Part shown: positions 28,587 through 38,358 of the stretch, piece by piece | Layout of the letters: each line of letters begins with the position of its first letter | Position numbering within the stretch: position 1 is the first letter of the stretch | DNA from: Candidatus Thorarchaeota archaeon | Lineage (GTDB): Archaea; Asgardarchaeota; Thorarchaeia; Thorarchaeales; Thorarchaeaceae | Assembly: GCA_004524445.1 (NCBI GenBank) | Contig: SDNP01000001.1 | Span: 32,001-96,000, forward strand | Reading direction: 5' to 3' | Length of the DNA: 64,000 nt | Program-made: the position numbers and the translations under genes | Notes under the pieces: model-generated | The model's database searches: none | What the model saw: only the letters and a program-made list of their open reading frames with translations | Told to the model about the DNA's origin: nothing

Positions 28587-29654
28587 CTAATCGTAGGCAT
28601 ATTTTGCATTAGATAGAAGGGCTCGGTTTCCAATCCTGACATTGGTCAATCCTGAATCCTTTGCAACACATAACGCAATATCAGCATGTTTCTTATTTGT
28701 TCGTGGCAAATCCCTCATGTGAAGATGAGGCATAAATCCTAGGAGTGCTGTTGGAATAGTTTCATCGAGAGATGCAATGAACTCTGTCAATTTCCGCACC
28801 TCGCTTGCTCCAATATATCCCGGAATGAGAAGGATACTAGCAACTAAGAATTCACCTTCACGGTCCCTACCTATCTGAGCAAGCCTTCTGAAATTCCTGA
28901 TTACTGTGGTGTTAGATACACCAGTTAGGGCTGTATATAGGCTGGGAGTCATAGCCTTGAGGTCAATCTTTATCGTACCACCAGAGCCTCTGACAATGTC
29001 TGCTATGTTTTGTAGGTGTTTTCCTGAAATATTTCCATTTGATTCGTAGCAGACAGCTATATCCCCCTTTTCCAGCAGAAGTTGTGCTGTCTTCAGTGAA
29101 TGCTGCGGATTGCAGGAGGGGTCGCCCCCAAAGAAGCAGATACAGGCTGTTCTGCTATCTGCTTTATCTGCAAGTTGTTCCGGACTCGATAGAGGTTCTC
29201 CCAGCTTCATCATTCTTCTATAGCTTTGATTTTGGCAGAAGAGGCAGTCCGAATTACAGGAGCCATAGAAGACAGCTAGGCTATTCATTCCAAATCCACA
29301 TCTACCTCTCACGGGACAGATCCAATCCGCGACACAATTTGTTGGCAATGGGTCAAAATACCACGTAACTGGTGCTTCATCCGAATACTTTCTGACCACT
29401 TCCGAATCAACGACCTCTCTTAGATGACAGAATCCTGTATCGTCTTCTGTCATCTTACAATGATTTCCACAGTCAGGACACACTACCTGTCCGTTCGAGG
29501 GAACTTCAGGAACCAAACCTGCTCGTGTCCGAGTTTCTCTATGTGCTACAACCGCCTTTTCTATAAGACGTGGGTTTCTAGAAATGCAAGAGCCGCAGTA
29601 CCCAATCGAAACTGATGCTAGCACACTATCTTTATCATGATTCGGGCATCTCAT
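28587..29654 (-). CDS. Radical SAM enzyme (AmmeMemoRadiSAM / PFL-activase-like)
   Basis: CNSDCLFCQN, FFGGDP, ESNG, IDLK; N-terminal CPDCGNHC..FC; start refined to ATG 29654. Confidence 0.85.
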   Translation of the reverse strand: MRCPNHDKDSVLASVSIGYCGSCISRNPRLIEKAVVAHRETRTRAGLVPEVPSNGQVVCPDCGNHCKMTEDDTGFCHLREVVDSEVVRKYSDEAPVTWYFDPLPTNCVADWICPVRGRCGFGMNSLAVFYGSCNSDCLFCQNQSYRRMMKLGEPLSSPEQLADKADSRTACICFFGGDPSCNPQHSLKTAQLLLEKGDIAVCYESNGNISGKHLQNIADIVRGSGGTIKIDLKAMTPSLYTALTGVSNTTVIRNFRRLAQIGRDREGEFLVASILLIPGYIGASEVRKLTEFIASLDETIPTALLGFMPHLHMRDLPRTNKKHADIALCVAKDSGLTNVRIGNRALLSNAKYAYD

Positions 29655-29772
29655 TAAATGAACTACTTCTCGAAACACAATGAATCTTGTCATTGTATGT
29701 GTCAAAAAAGGTTGATTTGACAATGGATTTAAGGCAAGATTCCAAGCGCAGACCCGTAGTCGGTGCATCAAT

Positions 29773-30324
29773 GTGACAACAGCCGAAGAGAAGTCAGCAA
29801 TATCAATTGATGATCTCAATTCTGACTTTGTTGAAATGGTCAAAAGAGCGGGCGGTCCGAACATACAGAGCTGCTACCAGTGTGGAACTTGCAGCGGCAG
29901 TTGTCCCGCTGGAGCACGGACAAATTTTCTAGTTCGTGGAATCATTCGAAAAGCACTGCTGGGACTAAAAGAAGAGTGTCTGACTGCACCAGAGCTTTGG
30001 TATTGTACTACTTGTTACACCTGTACCGACCGATGTCCGCAGGATGTGACGCCTACTGAGGTTATCAAGGCGATTCGCAATATCGCTGTAGCTGAGGGTC
30101 ACATGCTCGAACCACATCAGAAAGTCGCTCAAAAAGTCCTAGAGTCCGGTCATGCGGTACCCCTAGATAAAGACAGTTGGGCAAAATTACGAGAAAATGT
30201 TGGCCTACCAAGTAGACCTCCGAATGCCAGTACTCATCCTGAAGCCATTGAGGAGGTTCAGAAACTAGCTAAGAAGACGGGATTTGATATTCTCGTAGAA
30301 GATAAACCAGAGGATGAAGAGTGA
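29773..30324 (+). CDS. hdrC: Heterodisulfide reductase subunit C (copy 2)
   Basis: CYQCGTCSGSCP, LWYCTTCYTCTDRCP, GHAVP. Confidence 0.92.
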   Translation: MTTAEEKSAISIDDLNSDFVEMVKRAGGPNIQSCYQCGTCSGSCPAGARTNFLVRGIIRKALLGLKEECLTAPELWYCTTCYTCTDRCPQDVTPTEVIKAIRNIAVAEGHMLEPHQKVAQKVLESGHAVPLDKDSWAKLRENVGLPSRPPNASTHPEAIEEVQKLAKKTGFDILVEDKPEDEE

Positions 30325-30327
30325 TTT

Positions 30328-31275
30328 TTGATGGCTAAGAAACCAAAATTCATGCATTTTTTGGGCTGCATAATCCCCCATAGATATCCAAGCATTCAGA
30401 AGGCAACGGAGCTGGTCTTTGAGGACTTAGATATGGAACTTCTGGATATGGAGTCAGCCACGTGTTGTCCTGCGCCTGGCGTATTCGGCTCATTCGACAA
30501 AGAAACATGGGCAACTATTGCGGCAAGAAATCTTACCATTGCAGAAGAGGCGAACGCTGCCATCACGACTGGTTGCAATGGCTGCTTTGCTAGTCTGTGG
30601 GATGCAAACCACGAGTTGAAGCATGATGATGAGCTACGAGCAAAAGTCAACGATAATCTTGCAGTGATTGGGCGTGAATTTAAAGGCACAATCGAAGTGA
30701 CCCATTACGTCGATGCGTTGGTAGACACTGCTGGTCTAGAGAAGATCCGAAAGCGAGTGACGAAACCGCTGGAAGGCGTTCGGATGGCACTCCACCCTGG
30801 TTGCCATTGGATGCGTCCCAAGGCTGTCAAACAGAAGGACGATTCGGAACGACCACACATCTTCCGAGAGCTCTGCGAAACGACTGGCGCCACGTATGTG
30901 CCATATAAAGATGAACTCATGTGTTGTGGTGCAGGTGGAGCAGTTAGGACTGCTGATATAGAGGTCGCTCTCGATTTCACGAAGCAGAAGTTCGATAGTA
31001 TTGAAGCGGCTGGAGGTGCTGACCTCATTGTTACACCTTGCCCATTTTGTGAATTGCAACTGGATTTGGGTCAAGTGGAGATTCAGAAGCATTTTGACAT
31101 TGAATACATCTATGATGTGCTTCATGTTACAGAACTACTTGCATTGGCTTTCGGACATGACCCAGATGAGTTTGGTCTAACAACACATCTCCAATATATG
31201 CAGCGAAAGAGTCAACCAAACTGGCAGAAAATTGGATTGCCTGAGATGCTTAAGACCACTGAGTCAGCAGACTAG
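30328..31275 (+). CDS. hdrB: Heterodisulfide reductase subunit B (copy 2)
   Basis: FLGC, CCPAPG, CNGC, HPGCH, CCGAGG, CPFC. Confidence 0.92.
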   Translation: MMAKKPKFMHFLGCIIPHRYPSIQKATELVFEDLDMELLDMESATCCPAPGVFGSFDKETWATIAARNLTIAEEANAAITTGCNGCFASLWDANHELKHDDELRAKVNDNLAVIGREFKGTIEVTHYVDALVDTAGLEKIRKRVTKPLEGVRMALHPGCHWMRPKAVKQKDDSERPHIFRELCETTGATYVPYKDELMCCGAGGAVRTADIEVALDFTKQKFDSIEAAGGADLIVTPCPFCELQLDLGQVEIQKHFDIEYIYDVLHVTELLALAFGHDPDEFGLTTHLQYMQRKSQPNWQKIGLPEMLKTTESAD

Positions 31276-31374
31276 ATGTTGCCTGCAACTAAACTCACTT
31301 GATATATTACTGTCTAGTTGACTCTTTACAATCTAACCATGTTTTGATAGGGTATGGGCAACAGTATTTGGTGT

Positions 31375-32388
31375 TCAGGGATTCTCGATGAGATGAACTA
31401 TATTTTCACGCCCTTCTTTGAATCGCTTGACCACTCCTCTCTCCTCAAGTCCTGTAAGAATCATACTGACCATGGACTGCGAAAGGTCTAGTTCTTCATA
31501 TATCACTCTTTGTGGACAAGTTCCATCTTTCTTCGCTATTAACCGAAGGATTTGCTCCTCATGTTTGGTTGACCCATTAACGGAATATACCTGCGGCTGA
31601 AAGCTGCGTATGAATTCTGGAATCCTTTGTAGAATCAAAACGGCAGTAGCTCCGCCGAAACCAGCCAGCAACAAGAACAAAGGCCAGTAGACCGAGTCTG
31701 AAGATCCCATCCTTATTGTCACAGGAACACCAAACTTCACAATAAAGACTCTCTCCTGACTAGGAAAAATTCGTTCTATTTTCCATGTGAAACCCATTGA
31801 CGTGCCATCTGTATAGTTTGCATCTGGTTTCGGGAACAGCGGTGTGGTCTGCTCACTGACCAATATGGCATGTCGCCGTAGGGCAAGCAAAAATGTTAGG
31901 TTACGATACTCGTTTACCGGTCTCAGATAGTATATCATCTGATACAGTTCCAGTGTCCCATTATCTCCCAATCCAACATTCTCTTCTAAAACACTGCTGG
32001 AGAGCTCTATTTCAACAATTTTCGACTCTTGTGACTCTATGGGTTGTTGTGTCGTTAATCGAAGGATCGTGTATCTGTCAGCCGGCTGTAATGTTCCTGT
32101 CACATTCTCATTCCCTACCTTCGCAGAGTGAAATACAGCATGTCTTAGGTCAAAGCGAAATTCAAGATTCTGGAGGCTCTCTTCCCTCGTATTTGTGAAA
32201 TTACCTCTTAGCCGAATTAGGCCATCCTCCTCAGCGGACAAATCCACCTCAATCTCAGCATCATTAACTATATTGAATGGTTCAAGAGATTGTGCAGAAG
32301 CACCATGCGAGTACAGGGGAGATGAGAGTGCTAGATGCAGAACTATCACAAAAAAGATCAAGGGTACCTTCTTTGTGGCTTTATCCAT
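31375..32388 (-). CDS. Membrane-associated transcriptional regulator (extracellular domain, TM, C-terminal wHTH; COG2512-like)
   Basis: Signal peptide; TM near aa 233-253; QRVIYEELDLSQSMVSMILTGLEERGVVKRFKEGRENIV. Confidence 0.8.
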   Translation of the reverse strand: MDKATKKVPLIFFVIVLHLALSSPLYSHGASAQSLEPFNIVNDAEIEVDLSAEEDGLIRLRGNFTNTREESLQNLEFRFDLRHAVFHSAKVGNENVTGTLQPADRYTILRLTTQQPIESQESKIVEIELSSSVLEENVGLGDNGTLELYQMIYYLRPVNEYRNLTFLLALRRHAILVSEQTTPLFPKPDANYTDGTSMGFTWKIERIFPSQERVFIVKFGVPVTIRMGSSDSVYWPLFLLLAGFGGATAVLILQRIPEFIRSFQPQVYSVNGSTKHEEQILRLIAKKDGTCPQRVIYEELDLSQSMVSMILTGLEERGVVKRFKEGRENIVHLIENP

Positions 32389-32434
32389 GTCATATCACAC
32401 TCCATCCATATTCATGTTTTTAGAGAAATAATGC

Positions 32435-32459
32435 AAGGGAGGATGAGTATTCCCCCCTT
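32435..32459 (-). terminator. Purine/pyrimidine hairpin after acidic protein gene
   Basis: Minus strand AAGGGGGGAAT-ACTC-ATCCTCCCTT. Confidence 0.35.
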
Positions 32460-32465
32460 CTTACT

Positions 32466-33758
32466 TTATCGTTTACGTATCGCAACTGCCGCTCCTATTA
32501 CTGCAATTACACCAATAATAGAAACCCCCAAAAGAATATTGATAGGCACACCAGTAAAAATATGCGTCGGTCCCGTGATTGGAGATGACTCTTTCAATAA
32601 TTTAAGCGATGGATCATGTACCAAAGTTCCATCATCGAAATAGGGGTATGCTAGGAATAACAATAGAGCCTCGCCTGTAGTGAAGTATGACACCTTAACA
32701 TCCACTGCATTAGTCGTTGCATTTGGCAATTCAATTATTGCCTTATGCAGCCACGTGTAAAACGCCCTTGTTTGGTTGGTAGAATCTTCGACTAGCGAAA
32801 TCGTCTGGACATCGTCAGCCTCCCCATCGCCATCTTCATCCAGATTCTCAAAGATTTCAACAATGTCATCTTCAAACTCCCATTCATCTTCGGACTCAAT
32901 CTCATGTTCTCCATCTTCTTCATGCAGTCGGAACTTGTAATCTGCGTCCTCATCCGAAGCAATGTCTTCTTGAAGGAAGTTAAGCAATGTCACCTTCGAT
33001 GTATTTGATGAGAACGGAAAGTTGCCAATCTCAATGTCTATTTTTAATTCAGTGCCTCCAGTAATCGAATAATTGGCCTGTACTCCCTCGTCATCAGTGA
33101 CAGACCCATTGTAGTCATTTAGGTAAATATGAGCATATAGCTGAACCGTCGTTTCTTCATAGATAGTAAGATCCAATTCCTCTTCATCAAAGTCATCCTC
33201 CTCGTCATCAGCATAAGCCAATGGCTCATCATCTTCCTCATCTTCATCATCATCTTCACCTGCCCCTGGCATCCAATCCTCATACCAATCATCTTCCCAA
33301 TCTTCCCCTGTTAGTCCTCCCTTAGTATAAGATGCGTACACCTCTTCGTGGAATCCCTTGTCATTTGTAATTGCTCCAGTTTGGAGTGTCCATTCAAATG
33401 CCTCTAATGGAATATATGAAAGAGTTTCATTCAATTGATAGGCTCCATCCCCATTGTCGTCCTCAAATTCCACCATCATCGGATATGCCACACGAAATCG
33501 CGCTAAGCTCCCATTTTCGTCAGCAGTGTACCAGTATTGATATGCAGGGAGATTCGGATCTAGCATCACAGTCATCCAACCAGTTTGTATCCAAACCGTA
33601 CCAGACTCATCCCTCTCATACTCAGGTTCGTCCTCTTCATCATAGTCATCATCGCTATCTTCGCCCTCCTCTTGCGCATATGCAGTAGTGATCGATGTGA
33701 ATAGAAGAACGAGTACAGCAACCATCATAATCCGTCTAAACACGCTTGGTCTGGTCAT
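32466..33758 (-). CDS. Highly acidic secreted, membrane-anchored surface protein
   Basis: Signal peptide, D/E tracts, DDNGDG and DEDGDG Ca-binding-like loops, C-terminal TM ending RKR. Confidence 0.8.
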   Translation of the reverse strand: MTRPSVFRRIMMVAVLVLLFTSITTAYAQEEGEDSDDDYDEEDEPEYERDESGTVWIQTGWMTVMLDPNLPAYQYWYTADENGSLARFRVAYPMMVEFEDDNGDGAYQLNETLSYIPLEAFEWTLQTGAITNDKGFHEEVYASYTKGGLTGEDWEDDWYEDWMPGAGEDDDEDEEDDEPLAYADDEEDDFDEEELDLTIYEETTVQLYAHIYLNDYNGSVTDDEGVQANYSITGGTELKIDIEIGNFPFSSNTSKVTLLNFLQEDIASDEDADYKFRLHEEDGEHEIESEDEWEFEDDIVEIFENLDEDGDGEADDVQTISLVEDSTNQTRAFYTWLHKAIIELPNATTNAVDVKVSYFTTGEALLLFLAYPYFDDGTLVHDPSLKLLKESSPITGPTHIFTGVPINILLGVSIIGVIAVIGAAVAIRKR

Positions 33759-34377
33759 TGTTCATCGAGGTATCTTCTCTCTGTAGATATATAACAAACA
33801 TGAATCAGTAAACCGAAATGAACATAAAAAAAGGCATCATATCGCTTAAAATCTTCTCTAACGACCTATGGTAGTTCAGGATACTTCAATAATCCCATAG
33901 AGCGAAGAACATTCATTTAAATCTCAAGATATTACAAATATCTGGGCTTAGGTTCTAAATGAAGTTTCAATATCTATATCACAAGAAGAAGCCAAATCAG
34001 GAGGAATGCAGTACTCCGGAGTCTATGATGAAGCAGGTTCTGTATCAAAACGAATCTCAATATCGCTCATGTCATCAATCTGTTTGTTGTTCTCCCTCGA
34101 ACGAATCCGCGTCAAATATGCGCGTGTATATAACCGAGCTGCCTTCATACTATCCCTGTATTATCTGGGCAATATATAACTCCCACAGTTTTTTGCTAAT
34201 CATACAAGAGTGTTTCGCGCCATTCATTGTCGAATAATCGAGTCTCCCTTTTCTTTCGTGACCAGTTGGCTCATCTGTGGAGGCATTATATCATCGACCG
34301 AATCTACGCGCAATGACAAACATTTTATCATACAGGTAGAGCTTGCCTCGCCTAACAGCCATGGAGTGAAATCAGGA

Positions 34378-37300
34378 ATGACAAAGGCTGAACATAAGCC
34401 AGTAGTGATAGTCGGTGCAGGTATCGCAGGAATGCGTTCTGCGCTGGATTTGGCAGATATGGGTGCGAAAGTGTACCTTGTTGAGAAGAAGCCTTCTATT
34501 GGTGGGCATATGTCTCAACTGGACAAAACCTTTCCCACTTTAGATTGCGCCATGTGTATTCAGGGCCCTTGGATGGTTGACTGTTCTCGGCATCCAAATA
34601 TTGAGATTCTAGCATATTCGGAAGTCACCAATGTGACGGGTAAGAAGGGCAATTTCACCGTAGAGGTGCTCAAGCATACACGGCGCGTGGATCCTGAGAA
34701 ATGCACTGGCTGTGGAGATTGCCAGCGAGTGTGCCCAATCGAGGTTCCAAATGAATACGATGAGGGCCTCAAGATGCGAAAGGCTTCATACATTCCGTTT
34801 CCCCAAGCAGTGCCTAACATAGCAACAATTGACATAGAAAATTGTATTCAGTGTATGACTTGTGCGAAGTCGTGCAAGGCCGAGGCCATTAATTTCGCAA
34901 TTGAAGATGAAACTGTTGAGATTAATGCTGGCACAATAATTCTTGCCACTGGATATGAGCTTCTTGATCCTTCCTCAGTTCCGGAATATGGTTTCGGAAG
35001 GATTCCAAACGTTGTGAGTGCTCTTGAGTATGAGCGGATGGTATCTGCAAGTGGTCCTACTGAAGGAGTTGTCATGCGCCCCTCAGATAGCAAAGAGCCT
35101 CACCGCATTGCATTCATTCAATGTGTCGGTTCTCGAGATGTAAATCATTGTGCATATTGTTCGAAGATATGCTGCACCTATGCAACAAAAGAGGCAATCA
35201 TAACCAAAGAACATGCACCGGAAACTCAAATCGATATTTTGTACAATGACATGCGCGCCTTCGGAAAGGGCTTTGAGGAATTCCTCGTTCGGGGCGAAGA
35301 AGAATACGAGGTCAACTACGTGAAAGGTCTGCCCAGTGAGGTTCATGAAGACCCGTCTACAGGTGACCTGTTGGTACGACACAGCAATCAGAGTGGCCAT
35401 GAGGTTCTAGAAGACCGATATGATTTGGTGGTCTTATGTCCTGCAATGGTGCCTTCCCACGACACAGCAATTTATGAACAGCTGGGAATCGATGTGGATG
35501 AATACGGATTCCTGCACAACTCTGGCAACCAGTTAGAGAGTTCCTCTTCTGGAATTCCAGGTGTTCATATATGCGGAGCCTGTGAATCACCAAAAGATAT
35601 CCCTGACTCAGTGGCACAAGGCAGTGCTGCTGCAGCGCTTGCGGCATTGGACATTTCTATTCCATCGCCTGACGAAACCGAGGCAATAACGGAAGATGAC
35701 CTTGTGTTGATGGCATCAGAACCCAGAATTGGAATCTTTGTCTGCTCTTGCGGCGTCAATATTGCTGGGACAGTTGATGTTGAACAGGTCACAGAATATG
35801 CAAGCAAGTTGCCCGATGTTGTACATGCTGAGAATCTCTTATACTCCTGTTCTTCAGACGCTCAGGAGGTCATCAAAGAAGCAATCAAAGAAAATAATCT
35901 GAATAGAGTAATTGTTGCCTCCTGCACACCACGAACCCATGAACCGCTTTTCCGAGCAACCATCGAAGAGGCTGGTCTCAATAAATACCTGTTTGAACTT
36001 GCCAATATTCGTGAACATTGTTCTTGGGTACATCAAAATACTAAGGATGAGGCAACATCGAAGGCGATGGATTTAGTGAGAATGGCAGCCGCACGCTCGA
36101 AACTATTAGAGCCCCAAGAAGAGGCAATCACACAAATAGAGCCAGCAGCATTAGTCATCGGAGCGGGCGTAGCCGGCATGGCAGCAGCAGATGCCATTGC
36201 ATGCAAAGGATATCAAGTGTACCTTGTGGAAAAGGAAGACAAGGTTGGGGGCTTTCTGAACGAACTTCACACTGTGAACTTTGATAATAGACCCACGTCG
36301 GAAATAATATCTGAGTACAGGGAAAAAATCAACGACCATTCAAACATCGATTTGATGTTGAATTCCGAGGTGGTGGATGCTAAGGGTTCTATAGGTGATT
36401 TCGACGTCACAATTCGTCAGGATGAAGAAGAACAGGAATTGAAAGTTGGTGTTGTCATTGTTGCAACGGGTGCGGTCGCGCTTGAAGAGGAAGGTCTCTA
36501 TGGTTACAAGCAGCTTCCCGAAGTAATGACTATGCCAGAGTTCAATAGACGCATCGTAGAGAAAGATGGCTTACAAGATGGGGAGACATTCGCAGTCATA
36601 CATTGTGCAGGTTCTAGAGAAGACCAGAGCTTGGAGGGTTCACGAACTTGGTGCTCAAGTATTTGCTGCACAGTTGCACTGGAACATTCCCTCGAATTAC
36701 TTGAGGCATATCCAAACTCCCGTGTATTCCATCTTTATCGCGATATTAGGGTATTCTACTCAGCTGAAGACAAGTACCGAGAAGCTAGAAAGAAGGGAGT
36801 AGTCTTTGTGCGATTTGATCAAGACAGCCCCCCTGAAGTAAAGGATGGAAAGAACAAGGAATTGCAGGTATCTGTGAAGGATCAAATCCTCGGTGCTGTT
36901 CTAAATCTCAATGTCGACCATGTTGTCTTAGCGACGGCTACTGTCCCACGAGAAGGCAACAAAGGGCTCTCGGAGGCATTCAAGATTCCAATGAATCTGT
37001 CTGGATTCTTTATGGAGGCGCACCCGAAGCTTAGACCTATAGACTTCCAAACGGATGGTGTCTATGTTGCAGGTTCTGCTACAGCACCAAAGGGAATAGC
37101 AGAATCAGTAGCTCAAGGTCGTGGTGCTGCAGCCAGAGCACTTACTCCTCTCATTCGGGGAATACGGAAGGCAGAAGCCATAGTGTCAGTAGTTGACCCT
37201 GAGGTTTGTGTGGGTTGTGGAACCTGTGAAATCAATTGTTCATATAATGCCATCGAGGTAATACCTGGTGATGGTGGTCATGATTATGCAGAGAGTAATC

Positions 37301-37836
37301 CCGTTCTCTGTCAGGGCTGCGGGAAATGTGCTGCAGGATGTCCTGCGGGCGCAATAACCATGAAACACTTCACGGACGATCAAATACTTGCCCAAATTCG
37401 TACCGCCTTGAAAGATGTTCCACCGACCGAACCCAGGATTCTCACTGTCATGTGTAACTGGTGTACCTATGCAGGTGCTGACCAAGCGGGTGTTTCAAGA
37501 CTACAACAACCAACCACTGTTCGCGATATTCGTGTCATGTGTACTGGTCGTGTGAGCGTCCCTCATATCTTGGAGGCATTTCGGCAGGGAGCCGATATGG
37601 TCTGGATTTCGGGTTGCCATATTGGTGATTGTCACTACGTGGACGGTAACATAGCATTTGAACGAAGATATGCAATCGCCAAGAAAATTATTGAGAAAGC
37701 TGGACTCGAACCCGAGCGACTCCAATTCACACATATCAGCGCTAGCGAGGGTGCCGTATGGGCTGAGAAGGTAAAGGAGTTCACTGAATTAGTTGAAAAG
37801 CTAGGACCAAGTCCGCTAAGACAAGGGGGGCGATAG
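34378..37836 (+). CDS. hdrA: Tandem-FAD HdrA fused to an MvhD [2Fe-2S] domain
   Basis: GAGIAG, DKTFPTLDC, ferredoxin insert, CVGSRD..CSKICC; second module FVCSCG, CTPRTHE, GAGVAG; C-terminal ferredoxin; CNWCTYAGAD, RVMCTGR, GCHIGDCHY; start refined to ATG 34378. Confidence 0.92.
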   Translation: MTKAEHKPVVIVGAGIAGMRSALDLADMGAKVYLVEKKPSIGGHMSQLDKTFPTLDCAMCIQGPWMVDCSRHPNIEILAYSEVTNVTGKKGNFTVEVLKHTRRVDPEKCTGCGDCQRVCPIEVPNEYDEGLKMRKASYIPFPQAVPNIATIDIENCIQCMTCAKSCKAEAINFAIEDETVEINAGTIILATGYELLDPSSVPEYGFGRIPNVVSALEYERMVSASGPTEGVVMRPSDSKEPHRIAFIQCVGSRDVNHCAYCSKICCTYATKEAIITKEHAPETQIDILYNDMRAFGKGFEEFLVRGEEEYEVNYVKGLPSEVHEDPSTGDLLVRHSNQSGHEVLEDRYDLVVLCPAMVPSHDTAIYEQLGIDVDEYGFLHNSGNQLESSSSGIPGVHICGACESPKDIPDSVAQGSAAAALAALDISIPSPDETEAITEDDLVLMASEPRIGIFVCSCGVNIAGTVDVEQVTEYASKLPDVVHAENLLYSCSSDAQEVIKEAIKENNLNRVIVASCTPRTHEPLFRATIEEAGLNKYLFELANIREHCSWVHQNTKDEATSKAMDLVRMAAARSKLLEPQEEAITQIEPAALVIGAGVAGMAAADAIACKGYQVYLVEKEDKVGGFLNELHTVNFDNRPTSEIISEYREKINDHSNIDLMLNSEVVDAKGSIGDFDVTIRQDEEEQELKVGVVIVATGAVALEEEGLYGYKQLPEVMTMPEFNRRIVEKDGLQDGETFAVIHCAGSREDQSLEGSRTWCSSICCTVALEHSLELLEAYPNSRVFHLYRDIRVFYSAEDKYREARKKGVVFVRFDQDSPPEVKDGKNKELQVSVKDQILGAVLNLNVDHVVLATATVPREGNKGLSEAFKIPMNLSGFFMEAHPKLRPIDFQTDGVYVAGSATAPKGIAESVAQGRGAAARALTPLIRGIRKAEAIVSVVDPEVCVGCGTCEINCSYNAIEVIPGDGGHDYAESNPVLCQGCGKCAAGCPAGAITMKHFTDDQILAQIRTALKDVPPTEPRILTVMCNWCTYAGADQAGVSRLQQPTTVRDIRVMCTGRVSVPHILEAFRQGADMVWISGCHIGDCHYVDGNIAFERRYAIAKKIIEKAGLEPERLQFTHISASEGAVWAEKVKEFTELVEKLGPSPLRQGGR

Positions 37837-37839
37837 CAA

Positions 37840-38358
37840 ATGGCTGACAGTTGGGGCTCACTGGATAGTTTTGAAGGGAAAGAATTCAACACATTGGATC
37901 CTGAATTCACGAAAAAGGTGACCAAACTTATTGGTGGTCAGGATCTCACGACCTGTTTTCAGTGTTCGAAATGCAGTGCAGGATGTCCCGTAAGTGACAA
38001 AGTCAATATCCAGATCCATGAAGTCATGCGGATGCTCCTGTTCGGATTGAAAGAGGTTCTTGATTCCGATATGGTTTGGCTGTGTACAACTTGTTACCAG
38101 TGTCAAGAGCGGTGCCCACAAGGCATCGATATAACAGATATTCTCTTTGGATTGAAGAATATGGCATTCAGAAAAGGTATTCGGCCGCAGGGGTATGCCT
38201 CGGCAAGACAGAATCTCTATGATAATGGCAAACTCTATGCACCCACCGACTGGGAACGAGAGGATCTCGAACTAGATCCTGTACCCGAATTTGATATCAA
38301 TGATACCAAGAAGTTGTTCGATAAGAATAAGCTTCTCTCACTTGAGGAGGAAGAGTAA
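37840..38358 (+). CDS. hdrC: Heterodisulfide reductase subunit C (copy 3)
   Basis: CFQCSKCSAGCP, WLCTTCYQCQERCP. Confidence 0.88.
   Translation: MADSWGSLDSFEGKEFNTLDPEFTKKVTKLIGGQDLTTCFQCSKCSAGCPVSDKVNIQIHEVMRMLLFGLKEVLDSDMVWLCTTCYQCQERCPQGIDITDILFGLKNMAFRKGIRPQGYASARQNLYDNGKLYAPTDWEREDLELDPVPEFDINDTKKLFDKNKLLSLEEEE

Noticed and set aside
29655-29864. N-terminal extension of the radical SAM ORF (likewise 34210-34377, 47371-47469, 45785-45889, 55791-55829)
   Set aside because: These overlap neighbouring genes or promoter boxes; downstream ATGs fit the family starts better.
33959-34237. 92-aa + strand Cys-containing ORF
   Set aside because: No motif and atypical composition; probably spurious.
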